A stretch of 53,319 bases of DNA, the filler included, from Sphacelaria rigidula (taxonomy: Eukaryota), in assembly GCA_964200075.2 (NCBI GenBank). It is 3 parts of 3 records of this genome, joined end to end, with 100 filler letters (N's around TTAATTAATTAA, not from the genome) between each part and the next. Parts side by side here need not be neighbours in the genome. Positions count along the whole stretch, not along the records: positions 1 to 17,715 come from CAXNAA020001012.1; 2 more parts are not named here. One strand, written 5' to 3'. A model generated the notes under the pieces. It was not told the origin of the DNA, did not search any database, and was given only the letters and a program-made list of their open reading frames with translations. The first letter of the stretch is position 1. Each line of letters opens with the position of its first letter. This document shows, piece after piece, positions 1 through 11,437 of this stretch. The translations under genes and the position numbers were made by a program.

Positions 1-209
1 GGAGTGGCGGGGGGGGGCGGCGGGGGGGGGGGCACTACATGTCCACGAACATGAAAAACACGGCGCCCCGCAGGGCGGCATTCCACAAACACGTCAGCGA
101 AATGTAAAATGTAGTTGAAAAAGGTATACGTACCGCTTAAAAGGCCAAAATAAGATGAGACGGAAATAGTCAGTCGCATGGTATTTACTTGTTACGACAT
201 AGTCTGCTA

Positions 210-362
210 TGTCGTTCTGTTCGACTTTTTTATTTTGTTCTGTTCCTTTTTTTTTCAGGGCATGCTTCAGTTTCGTTTTGTCTTGGGTACGTCTGTCATG
301 AAACCACGGCTGGACCCCTGGGGGGTCAGTTAAAGTGCGACAATCAATCGATCAATCAATCA
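210..362 (+). repeat. Dispersed repeat ending in an (AATC)n tail, probably a retroposon 3' end
   Basis: ...cttgggtacgtct.tcatg..accacggctggaccc.tggg..gtcagttaaagtgcgacaatcaatc... recurs at 13385-13528. Confidence 0.7.
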
Positions 363-523
363 TGGTAAGCGCGTCAGAAGAGCTCAAAGTAGGCCACATA
401 CGGGAGTCTACACAGGTCGGCATACCGAACAAGTCGGGACAGGACAAAGAAAAAAGCAAGACCACGCGCAGCATGAAGTGTATGTGTTTGTGTGCGCGCG
501 TATGCATTTTCAGGCGAATTCTC

Positions 524-557
524 GATGATAATGATGATGATGATGATGATGATGATG
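524..557. repeat. (GAT)n microsatellite
   Basis: Direct inspection. Confidence 0.9.
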
Positions 558-1949
558 GCATGTCTTTTTTCCCCCTTCTTTCCTTTATTTTTCCAAGCGA
601 AGCCTTTTGAAAGAAGGATGTCCCCGAAAAAAACAAAAGACGGCCACGTGCCTCATCTATCACGCCTCCATCTCAAGTTACTGGTCGTGTATACATGAAT
701 ACACAAGGTTCTGAACTGGACCAGTTAATATTGTCGATCGAGCTGGAACTGGGGTTATCCTGGAACTGGCAACGAAGCCGACAGTTGTCCAGTTTATTCG
801 AAGTTTACCATTACCGGCTTTACATTTTGGACCAAGTAGTATAGAGCAGTTCCACGCTATTACTCCAGGCCCCGAGATATTCAAGTTCTATACACCAGAG
901 AACTCGTTAAGAGCCCATAATTAGACGGTTGACGCATACTGTAGTAGCATATAAACAACATTAGTGAAGTAAGATTTGGATGGGGGGTGCATGATAGCGC
1001 AGGGCAAGAATAAATAGCCGTCGCCGGGGGGGTGCTTGCCACAGTGAATTTAGGGGTGGTATCCACTGTTTCAGCCTATCCCGTGCGAATGGCAATACGT
1101 TTGGATGGCATGAAAGTTCTTCGGGATACTACAAATCTGGAATTTAATAGTATGTATAAATTTTCTCAGCCGGAGATTTGATGTATGCATCCCCTCCCCA
1201 AATTAATTGTCACCCCTGTGGTCTCTATCGTTTTAGTCTGTTACATGCGAATGGCGATGCACCTTGACACACGAACACATCGATAGAAAGTGTGAACGAT
1301 CAAGTATTTATCCCCGCTCCCCATTTCTCCTCACCCGGAGAAGAATTCGCTCTACCCCCGCTCGAGATACAATGGGGGTGTTGTTTACCGCTTTCGCCAT
1401 TTACATGCATTGACAGACGAGTAACGATGCCCCCGAAGACGCGGGGGGCATCATTAGAACGTATGAATCTGACCTCGTGATTGATACCAACAGAAAGCGT
1501 ACAATCTACCTTAACTAGCGATGATGCATATTTTGCTCAACAGGATTACAGATACCACGGCCGAGAATATTTTTGAAGGGAAAACAAGCCGAACACCGGA
1601 TTTTTTCTTGCCTCCGGCGGCGGGGTCCACTTATCAGAGGGGGAGGGGGGCGTTGAGGCTTGCGGCTTCGCTGCTCGCCTTCGGTGTTTTTTCACTTGAA
1701 ACATCGATAAACTGGCCGCTGGCACGACCAGTTTAAACTCGACTGAACAGACCCACCACTTCACAGCCCTAAAAGTACTACATGTATATATATTCACGAG
1801 AATCCATCATCAAACAGTTGGAACGTCTGAAATATATGCCCCAACAAAACGAAAAAAAACAAAACAAGGTAGGAGATATTCGCTGCTGCAACAATCACGA
1901 CAAAGCCTTTACAAGTAAGCCAGCTTCTAGTCGTATTTCTAGCAGTTAC

Positions 1950-2052
1950 CGCTGGGTTCTGTCTTGTACAGTTGAAGCCCTCTCGACTCGTCCCATCCTG
2001 CCATCAGCAGTGAAACCCCCCATGGTCTTAGCCCGCCGTGTTGGGTGTAGGC
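1950..2052 (-). CDS. PSMA4: Proteasome alpha3-like, exon 5 (later exons not found, probably beyond the scaffold start)
   Basis: cag|[35 protein letters not shown]|gtaact; matches the alpha3 motif YTQxGGxRPFGVSLLxxGWDxxxGFQLYxxDPSG. Confidence 0.9.
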
Positions 2053-2610
2053 CTGCGCAGTATTGGTGAACATACCAGGAAAATTAGGGGAGAGGGAGCA
2101 GCACAAATCGCGTTTCGGAAAGGTCGAGCTTCGAGACAGGAACACACTCACTCGGACAAAGCTCGACATCTGTGACCAGCTAGATCGATACGCAACACGT
2201 GAAATCACGTGGGGGAAAAAAAAAATCCAGACCTCTTCATGATTACGGGCACAACTAATTTGATGGATTTGATCGGTTGCTTTGGATGATATAATTGTTG
2301 CGCATCAGCTGCTTCGCTATGAATCTAGTAGCGGCCACGATATCCACGTACCCTTCAGTAGGTGAAGAAAAAAAAAGTGAAATACTTGCGAGAGAGGAAA
2401 CTCGAGAAGAGGAACCGTTCTCGGGAATGAGCATCACAGAGTCCATGATCGAGAAACATCGGAAGTAGCGACCATCACGGGGAACACCAGCACGACAAAT
2501 ATTGAAGAGCAGAAATAGAAGAAATCCAGGTCAGTTGAGAACATACAAAAAAAAAGCACCCCAGACCTCGTGATTTTAGCTGCAGCCCGCGGCTGACACA
2601 ATTTTCGCAC

Positions 2611-2694
2611 CTGCTTGACGTCCGCGATGTGGCATGCTAGCTTTTGGAGCGGAATGGGCTCTTGGAAGGTCAAAGAGTGTTGCTGAGCACTTGC
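2611..2694 (-). CDS. PSMA4: Proteasome alpha3-like, exon 4
   Basis: tttcag|ASAQQHSLTFQEPIPLQKLACHIADVKQ|gtgcga; matches AQ....Y/FQEPIP...L....D.KQ. Confidence 0.88.
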
Positions 2695-2904
2695 CTGAAA
2701 GTAACCAATACACGGACGCAATACAAAACGAAACGCTTTCCACGCGAAACCGCAAAATATATGCACACACACATTTTATAAATATAAATACATCTGTGGG
2801 TGTGTACGATCAATGAACACATACATATTCCAAGGCTTCAGTTTCCCCGCACTTTTCATTCTCTTGGGCAAGTGTTTATATTTTGTCTGCTTACCTTGGG
2901 ATTC

Positions 2905-3270
2905 TTTATTGGGGATGAAAAGCTGGAGAATTAAAATCTCCGTATCCACACCAAATCTTCGAAGTATGCTTCTATTTCTTCACTTGCTGGTAGCTATTGA
3001 CAAATACTATACGCCATACAAATTTGGAATTCGATAACCGAAATGTCGGGGTTCTAGGTGAAAAACCAATTTTGGCGTCCGATCGGATCACCTAAATCCC
3101 CCAAAATTGGTTCTTCACGTGGGCTCCCGACATTTCGATCACCGGAATCCAAATTCGTATGGCGTGTAGCAGTTGTCAATAGCTACCGCAAGTGAAGAAA
3201 TGGAACCATGTTTCAAAGATTTGGTGTGGATACGAAGATTTTGATTCTCCGGGTTCTCATCCCCAATAAA
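2905..3270. mobile_element. Foldback/MITE-like palindrome in proteasome intron 3
   Basis: Arms of about 170 bp (tttattggggatga... / ...tcatccccaataaa) are imperfect reverse complements around a short centre near 3076-3097. Confidence 0.8.
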
Positions 3271-3518
3271 TATTCCATCCCCAATTTGTAAAATCCCGTG
3301 TTATATAGGGTTGGTCACAGGGTCCAAGTATTTTGAAGTGAGTTTGCATTCCGAACGTGCTGCGAGGTCAGATCTAGAAGCTGCAAGGAGGAACGAATGC
3401 ACGCTTTAGAGGTACTGCAAAAAATCACCCCCGTGTGTTCCTTGGACAAAATGATCATACTATCTACCCCTCTCGGTTGACACGCAAATCTATTCGATCG
3501 CACAAATCTCCCTCTTAC

Positions 3519-3667
3519 CCTGCAGTCTTTGACGAGGACCATAGCGTCGGCCGTCAACCCCGCGCTGGCACAGATGGCGTGGGCATCAATGCGGCTCGTC
3601 TTCTCTAGTTGGTTGGGCATCTGTAGCCGGGTGTTGTATATCGTCTTCAGGGAGCACAACACAATAC
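3519..3667 (-). CDS. PSMA4: Proteasome alpha3-like, exon 3
   Basis: cag|(G)IVLCSLKTIYNTRLQMPNQLEKTSRIDAHAICASAGLTADAMVLVKDCR|gtaaga; matches EK...ID.H..C..AGLTADA of alpha subunits; phases consistent. Confidence 0.9.
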
Positions 3668-3773
3668 CTGCATGTACAACATGAACGCAGTAGTGCCACG
3701 AATCACCCCAAAAAGACGCGAAAAGGTTGCAACGGTCGGACGAACAATGTATCAACTGAAATTACTCGTTTTA

Positions 3774-6220
3774 TAGTACCGGGCGCCTGAACTATTTTTT
3801 GTTCAGGAGGGTTTTTTCTCGCGACCACTCTTTGATAGAACTCGAGAGTGCTAGCGTCGGTATATTTTGGCAAAATGGACACATCGTTTTCCCTCCCAGT
3901 GCCCAAGTTAGTGTTAGTTGGTTTGATCGGTCGATACAAATAGATAACCCGTTTATCAGGAGGGTGTTATTGACCGTATAACACAGTTTTTCGGCTCTAG
4001 TGCAATGAATAGGCAGAACTTGAAAAAACAAACCTGTACATTTCTTCACAAATCCAGTTGGGACAGGCTCGATCGACCGAAAATACCGAAGAGTCAGGAT
4101 CTGGGCTGAAACGTGGCAGGACCCCCGATGACCGGTCAGCCCGTAAGTCTCTCAATATTTAGTGTAGATGATTTTCTTTTTGGAATGCAGAGCGGAAGCA
4201 AGTATCTTCAGATCCAGAATGTGATGAGCGGTTGCAAGCGAAAGAGCTGAAGAAAATCCTCAATTACGAAGAAATTACAAAATAAACACTTCAGGCGCCA
4301 AATACTATGGTGAACAATAATTGATTTGTACGGTACGAATCAATCCTTGGGCTTTGTTTTCGGCATTGCACCCCAGGTACGCGTATCTCAGGCACGTGGA
4401 ATAGTGCCAAAAAATGCATGGAGACTGTTTTGACCTGCGGTCAACTATTTTTTCTCTTCTTCGAGCAATCAGGGCCTCAGAAACTGTAGTTTTGTGATTC
4501 AAATCAGCGATGATTCCTCCAACCCTTGAAAGGTCGAGCACAACAAACAACTTTGAATACGCCATGTTTCCGTGACTGAGTATCCGGCTATTTCTCGGCT
4601 GATGAAAGAGAACGCATAACTAATAGCGCGGTCTCGTGTGTGTCTTGGAGAGGTAACACTGAACGCCGTTCTCACAAACGGCAGCAAACCACGATGCCCA
4701 CTACGCGGATTAAAACACTATTATACGTACATGTATCATTTCATATTTTTCTCCATTTTTGCCGAGTTTTCTCTCACAGCAAGGCATTTTGCTCCGCGCT
4801 TCCTTTTGCAGCGCACGAAGAATGCGCAGCGGTACATTACCGTTCAGGTTTGCGCGCAATCCGATACCTGTGGCGCGTGTTCTGGCCACCGAAAGTCGCC
4901 CGCACCGGCTCTTTTTGGCGGGGTGTCGATCCCGAACCACAAAAGCCTCAAGAGGATGGAAAACTTAAAACAGGAACCCGAACCACAAACGCCTGTTGAT
5001 GGCGGGGTATTTTTTCACCGTGATTTTGTTTGCATTCTCGTTGATTTGGGAGCACGAAGACGGCGGGTATGCAGCGAATGTCACGAGAATATGAGAGCAA
5101 AGCAGTCGAAAACAATTGAACATTGCCTTTGCCTTAGTCAGCAGCGAACACAAGACCGTGCAATGAGCCGTTGGCGAGTTGAACAAGGTACGCCCATGCG
5201 CAAACGTTCCCATTGTGGGTCACCTGTTGTGGAGGACCAGCGCAAGGGGTACCGAAATCCCTGTGATCATGCAACCCGTAAGAGAGAGTTTATCACAGGA
5301 TGCACCTGTGAAGTACGGGCGCAGGGATGTCCTTGTGACAGGGATAACAGAGATGTCCTTGTGACAGGGGTGCATCCCTACGCAGATACTTCACAGCGGG
5401 GACCTAAAGAAATGTACGTAAACAATGGTTGGTGCTATGGAGATGCCGTCAACCCTAACGCTAACCCTAACCCTTACACCGAGCAAGGCATACCGAGAAC
5501 CCTCGGGCAAGGGAGGTGCAGAGTGTTTCTCAAGTAAAGCGTCGTTGCGAGAGCTCAAATCGACAACTTTGAGCGAACTTTGGACCAAGACACGTTCTGG
5601 ACAAGCTGGGTCTACTGCTCACCACTACTCACCTGTCTCAAATCATGAATTTTCTCAGAACTTTCTTCAGTCTGAAATCAAGTAAAATCGAGTACTAATC
5701 ATTGTTGACGTACATCTCTTCAACCCTTTGACCGCGAGGGTAGGTCACCTGCAGAATCGGCATCAATATGCGTGATTCAGATGGACTACCCGCACCGCTG
5801 TCTAAGGGTTCAGTCTACCAAGTGTGATTTGAAATCCGTGCGCGCGGGGTGGGACCGGCATGTAGAGAGCCCTGCACAAGTTCGCCGTGTTCTACCGGAA
5901 CGCGACCTTTTTTTCAGTAGCAATCACTTGCGATGTGTGCTGTGACGGGTCTCGTGCGTGATGGTGCTTTTTCCACCTCTGCATACCCATTGCACTAGGG
6001 CCGAAACACTATGTTTCACTGTCAATAACACCCTCCTGATAAACGGGGTATTTACTCGTTTTGCCCGATAACGCCAACTGACACTGACTTGGGCACTGTG
6101 TTTCGAGGATGATCCACTTATAGTACCAAAATCTACCGACGCTTGCAATTTCGAGTTCTATTGAAGAGTAGTACGCCAGGAAATGCCCAAAACACCCCTA
6201 AATAGTTAGACCGCCCACTA
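3774..6220. mobile_element. Probable degenerate DNA transposon with ~240-bp inverted termini filling proteasome intron 2
   Basis: 3774-4016 and 5979-6220 are diverged reverse complements sharing cccgtttatcaggagggtgttattgac, cagtgcccaagt and ctagtgcaatg. Confidence 0.6.
5724..5808 (-). mobile_element. Solo copy of the piggyBac-like ~100-bp MITE family
   Basis: CCCTTTGACCGCGAGGGTAG...CTAAGGG, with internal gaatcggcatcaat shared with the 40-41.6 kb array. Confidence 0.75.
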
Positions 6221-6485
6221 TTGTACCTACCTACCTACCTACCTACCTACCTACCGGGGGAGTAATGGCATGAGCCGATTTTCGGCGGCGTACAGTGGAC
6301 CCCTGCCTTATCAAGAACCACCTTGAAGCTGGAGACACCACTGGCTCATGGTGCGATAGCACCAGGGACCAAGGGAAGCACAACGATCGAATGCGCTGCA
6401 CTTGGTGTTCGCGATTGTTCAACAACCAATGATGATGTACAAATGGTTTTGTAATCCCACGTATGTCACCGTTGCACGTACCCAC

Positions 6486-6531
6486 CTTCGTCTGTACATA
6501 TCCCGACCGCCGGACGTGCCCGATTGACCGC
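6486..6531 (-). CDS. PSMA4: Proteasome alpha3-like, exon 2
   Basis: cag|AVNRARPAVGICTDE-G|gtgggt; continues the alpha motif, phase 0 in and phase 1 out, matching its neighbours. Confidence 0.8.
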
Positions 6532-7638
6532 CTGTTGCGGAAAGCGCGGGTAAAAACGTTGCGGTTTTTTATATATCACTTCGACGTAACAACATCCGGA
6601 CAGGAAGGTTGACCGTAAAGCCTGACTGGCTGTAAACAAACCAGTCACACTATCGGGCACAGCCGCTGCACATTTTCAACTGATTTTGATGTGATTGGCG
6701 CACACTCACCGGTCACAGGATCGAATAATCAGGTCGCAACTCTCAAATCTCGAGTGCACATTCCGAGGTACGTCGATTGCCAAGTTTGTGAGGATAAGTT
6801 TTGTATAGTGTAGATATTTCCCCCAACATTTGTTTTTGACCATGCTTTCTGAACGGCGACGAGTTAGGAGCCAAACTAGGTATCGCTGTGATCGCGTCTC
6901 GATGTCAGCTAGTGTCAACATCTACTAATTTTCAGCCCAATCGGACGAGAAATAGGATATCTTGATTATTGTAACCGCTGACGGTTACCACCACCAGGCC
7001 GTATTTGGTGCCTCAGGATAGTGTGGAGTGATGACTGTGATCACAGCGCACGGCGCACCCCGGTTTATCTACGGTATACGATTGCATGGAACCCACTTCT
7101 TGTGCTACAGTACTTGTCCCAAGTACTGCGGTCGGAGACATTTTTTTGTCTCAAGTTCTGCGGTCGGACCAGCCAGTCTGTACACGCTTTGGGTTGACTG
7201 TCCGGTATCTTACTTATGTGAGAGTGACATGTCTTGTACAGTACGCAAGCATGGGGGTATACATCGTCAGGCGACTGCAAGGTACTGACTACACTGATTC
7301 GGGATACAGAAAGTGCGCCTGGTGACGGGTCGTGACATGTACAGATACGGCAAGCCGGTGTCATGACGGTTACATCTCCGGACGAAATATCCTGTCGTAC
7401 TTTGCTGTCGGTACTCTCCGTACTGTTACTGTGCTGTCGGCACTTCCTGGCTATTGCACAAATCATTTCATAGATACACCATACGTGAAAATACGCGCAC
7501 GCAATGCAGCCTACAATTCCTTTCCCGCCAAGTCACTCGCCTCATTCCACTACAGTACTGCAATACAATCAATAGAGCCGTGTCGGCCCATGCGTCTCAT
7601 CGTAGCGTCCAGACAACCGTATGGTGGCGTTACTGCAC

Positions 7639-7797
7639 CTGTGCGGCGTATTCGACTTGATATAGCCTGCCCTTGGGGCTGAAAATGGTGGTCCCAATGT
7701 CATATTTAGAGTCCACTGATTGAGATCCTAGCACCTTTCCAGCATGCAGCACGACGAAGGCTAGTGCTGAGGCAATTGACGGCCTCGATAACGCCAT
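7639..7797 (-). CDS. PSMA4: 20S proteasome subunit alpha type-4 (alpha3)-like, exon 1, with signal-peptide-like N-terminal extension
   Basis: ATG at 7797 gives MALSRPSIASALAFVVLHAGKVLGSQSVDSKYDIGTTIFSPKGRLYQVEYAAQ. YDxxTTIFSPxGRLYQVEYA is the alpha-subunit N-terminal signature. Donor CAG|GTGCAG at 7639/7638, phase 0. Confidence 0.88.
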
Positions 7798-8137
7798 TAT
7801 CGGCCTGATACCGGATGTCGACAAGCTGCTGCGCTCCCAGTGAGAATCCGTTGAAGTCAATGGAGTATGACAAATGTTCTATACGAACAATGACCAAACT
7901 TTTGCCACGACAACTTCGGCCTACGCCCTGGGCCGGACACGGCCGGTAGTGGGAACGATTGCACGGTGGGTAGAACGAGGAGGTGGACCACTTGAAGTAT
8001 ACTATATCTGCAAGTATTCAACAAGAATCTGAACCACATGGCGCACCATATAGAGTAGCGCTAAACCCAAAACAGTAGTACATACCGACTCGACAGGACG
8101 ACACTGTGTTGTGTTTTGGAGATTTTTCTTGCACGAC

Positions 8138-8284
8138 ATGGGCGGAATGGCAGCATCAGCATGTGTTGTGGTGATCGCGCTGGTGTTGGCAGTGTTTGCA
8201 GAGCCAGGCGTGTGCATCGTTGAGCCTCGAGCGCCTCTTGGCGACGGTGCGTTGGTCATACCTCAGCTCATCCGGAGATGGGAG
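8138..8284 (+). CDS. Large hypothetical protein, exon 1 (signal-peptide-like N-terminus)
   Basis: MGGMAASACVVVIALVLAVFAEPGVC...IRRWE|gtgaat; hydrophobic leader; starts 340 bp from the divergent proteasome ATG. Confidence 0.6.
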
Positions 8285-9731
8285 GTGAATGGTCACCGGC
8301 ATGACGAGCTGAAATATTAGATAGGGGGGGGCGGGGGGCGGGAACCCTTGTTCTTTACTTGAGAAGATTTGAAAGTTCAAACATACAAACGTGAAACCGC
8401 TCTGTTGCAGCTGTCTGTTTCTGCACAGTGCATTCGCCGAGGATGCGTCGCTAGCCGAAGGGCGTACAAAGTCTGAAATTCCCCTAGGGCTGTATGTTCA
8501 GCTATTATGGTCGCCAAGCTCTCCACGAGCGCACGTACGATGTTGATATTATTGTATCTCAGACACGGACCGGGCTGCCCGAGGCCCCGAGTGTTGATTT
8601 GCAATGGTTGATGGTTGCACTTGTGTAGCGGTGATCTATTTCACCCGAAGGGCGTCTGCCTTCAACCCAGGTTGTGTTCTGCCATTATGGCATCTCAGCC
8701 GGCCTAGTCATCAAATGCCGAGAGGGGTCTTGGGGTCTTCTTTGCAGAGCTCTCCCCTCGCGCCAATTTCAGAAAGGTAGGGGCATTGCATATATGATGA
8801 GGGCGAAAAAATTGTCGAAAAATCTGTTCGTCCCGCCGAGTTAAACTTGTTTGTTCCGCGTGCGGAGGTTCTCGGTAGCGGTACAGCAAACCTTCCGCAT
8901 CACACAGTGGTGCCCGTAAACCGAGCCCTAGCTGTAGTCTCTATTCTCTCGGGAAACCAAATCGAGGCCCAGCTGCCGGTTTAAGTAAAGTGTCTAATAC
9001 GGAACGGTACATGTGCCCCCGCAGAGAGAAAGCGGACGAAACAGCGCAATTTTCGACACTTCGGCATGGATTTCAAAAATCTTGGATCTCAGGGTAGACC
9101 ATTTTTTATTTTCGGAACATGACGAGAGCTTTCTGATGAGACGACGTTCCGCCACGTTGCCGCTGCAGCTCCCGAAACCATGCCGGATTTGCACCGATCG
9201 CCCGATAGATGTACAAGAAGCATATCCTGTATCGTCTCTCTCTCCCGCTTGGTCAGCAAGAAGTTCTCTGCTACAAACTGTAGTTCGGGAACGTGTATCC
9301 CAGTTCAGCCACTTGGTCTTCACGCAGCCCTTGGTGTGGCAGGCACCAAGGGCTCGTTATGCGACGCTCGGTTTGGCAAGGTGCTCAATCTGAGGGGTTG
9401 TAGAACTAGGGCAGATCGGGTAGGGTATACCCGATTTTCTTTCAAGTGGAGATCCGACCCATGCCCACAGCAGCAGCTAGCCCAGTGATGCTGTCCCCCT
9501 CTCGAAAGCGCATACAAGTCATGGCGACTGACTTAGGCAGGTGATTTGCGACTTTTCGAAACACTAAAATACTCTACCCGACCTGCCTTTAGTATTCCGA
9601 CAGGACAATGTAACGGCACAACCGTGTGCGTGACTAATAACTAAAACACAAGATCGTCACCCCCGTCCTCTGCTCCACCGCCCCACCTAGCGCTGTCCTC
9701 GTTTCTCCCCACGTGTTCCCTCTCAACCCAG

Positions 9732-10015
9732 GTGAACGCTAACAACCCGAAGAGCACATCACTAGCTTTCATTGGCCCCTTCAAACCGTCCGACGAAGAT
9801 GTGCAGTGGTTTAGACAGACGTTCCTCGGTGTAAACAACTCCAGGGATTTGTCACATTCAAACGTCACCTCCGTAGACCTGGGCCAGGACATCAAGCCGC
9901 CCACACGAGGGCTACTAGGCAGCCTGAGATTTGACCGCTTGTCGGGCGCGCTAGGCGCTGCTATCCCGCGATCCTTGCAGCTCGGGAGGGATGCTAGCGT
10001 TTGGCTCCGCAGACG
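9732..10015 (+). CDS. Large hypothetical protein, exon 2
   Basis: ccag|VNANNPKSTSLAFIGPF...SVWLRR|gtgaga; only phase 0 is open, matching exon 1. Confidence 0.6.
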
Positions 10016-10221
10016 GTGAGAGGTGGCGGGGGGCGCTGGGGGGCTTGGGCACGGGAAGGGGTCTCGTCGGTGTATGTCAGTGTCGATGACGTTACTGCTG
10101 CTACCGCTGGTGTTGTTATCGCCTCATAATGGTGTTCTGGTGACGGTGGTTTAAAACTCGTCTGCTGCCCTCCCTTTCATTCGATCTCTCACTCTCGCTC
10201 TGTGCGGATTTGGTGTTGCAG

Positions 10222-10320
10222 GTGGCGCACAAAAGTGCTATATTGCCTACTCGGCGTGTACGGGGTGAGAGTCGCGGGACGCGTCGTGAGAAAAATTAGA
10301 ATCAGCATTCTGGCCAACAG
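10222..10320 (+). CDS. Large hypothetical protein, probable exon 3 (boundaries ambiguous)
   Basis: gcag|(R)WRTKVLYCLLGVYGVRVAGRVVRKIRISILAN|gtgatg, phase 2 to 2. An alternative donor at 10264 and a possible extra exon at 10421-10502 could not be resolved. Confidence 0.4.
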
Positions 10321-10661
10321 GTGATGAATTTTGTCACGAGCTCCGCAAGCTTTGTAGCCTTTCAACCCTTGAATTGTTATCCTCGTCTGTTCACAGTTGC
10401 TTCGCTGACATTTCCCGCAGGTGAACATGAGGAAATGTCCCTCTTTGAGGAGGATAGGGCATGTTCGAAGACCTGGGGAATGACAGAGGAAACACGGGCG
10501 AGGTGTTTGCATAACCGATCAAAATTATGAAGATGTGCCCCACAAAGTACCCATCATGGCCTGCAAATCTCGCGGCGAGATTATATTTCACTATTTCTTG
10601 AAGACTAGTAGGCTAGTCAAACACAACACAAAGCAATGGCGTATGCTCGACACTAAGACCT

Positions 10662-10822
10662 TCCTGCTCCGTCTCGGAAGGGATGCGTGGTCAATGGTCA
10701 AACGACTAAGGCAAGCAACAAATGAGTACGACCCCCCNNNNNNNNNNCCGTCTCGGAACGGAGCCGTGCTCAATGGTCAAACGACTAAGGCAAGCAACAA
10801 ATGAGTACGACCCCCCCCCCCC
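10662..10822 (+). repeat. Short dispersed repeat with poly-C tail, doubled across a 10-N gap; another copy at ~47421-47472
   Basis: tcaatggtcaaacgactaaggcaagcaacaaatgagtacgacccccc occurs twice here, with a variant at 47421-47472. Confidence 0.7.
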
Positions 10823-11043
10823 AAACAATACGACGAAACGGCTACATCGACGACCGACAAGCACATTGCTTACAATGTTTACGTTGCACCTAACGTACAG
10901 TATAAGTAATGATGTCGTGGGGTAGAATGTAACCGTTAAAGCGAAAACAAGAAATAGTCGATGTTGGAAACAGCCTTTTGACGACCACCCTCCCCCGTCC
11001 TGGCCGACGCAAACGCCGCTTGCGCTGCACATCCCTACCAAAG

Positions 11044-11437
11044 TGATATCATCCTGGATGCAGAGGACAAAGCGCTATCCAGCCGAGGGGCAGTTTACGA
11101 CGTCGAGGGGCAGGCGCTATTGATCAGGCTTGGCTTCCTACCATCGCCCACTTCTCCGAGCAAATCCGGTGCTGCACCCACCACCGAGCGCACTGCTACC
11201 GATCCTGCCCTGCCTGAAACTGGTGAGGCGGCGGGCGGGGACGCGGGGTGGCGGGCTATTGAACTCGGCGTTCAACACGCGTTGAGATTAAGGTGTGCGG
11301 CGGGAAAGAGGGGTAAATATGCCAACGAGTTGGCCGAGGCGCTGCGAAACTTGGAGCAGGCTAGGGAGGAGGCGGACATGCACAAGCTTGGATCGGAGCA
11401 TAGAGCTTTGGCAGAGGACGCCGTGGTACTGACGCAG
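11044..11437 (+). CDS. Large hypothetical protein, internal exon
   Basis: aag|(S)DIILDAEDKALSSRG...LAEDAVVLTQ|gtacgg; GC-rich open frame including the listed ORF 11120-11455. Confidence 0.65.

Noticed and set aside
678..930. Missing last proteasome exons or an RT/helicase fragment
   Set aside because: No GWKA-type motif or other recognisable domain in the frames read.
5451..5474. Telomere-like CCCTAA repeats (similar run near 16815)
   Set aside because: Only 3-4 imperfect units.
4638..5537. 299-aa ORF as a host gene
   Set aside because: It is antisense within an intron, lies inside a TIR-bounded element, starts at GTG and has no recognisable domain.
10662..10822. Biological tandem duplication
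   Set aside because: The two copies flank a 10-N gap at a poly-C run, so this may be an assembly overlap.
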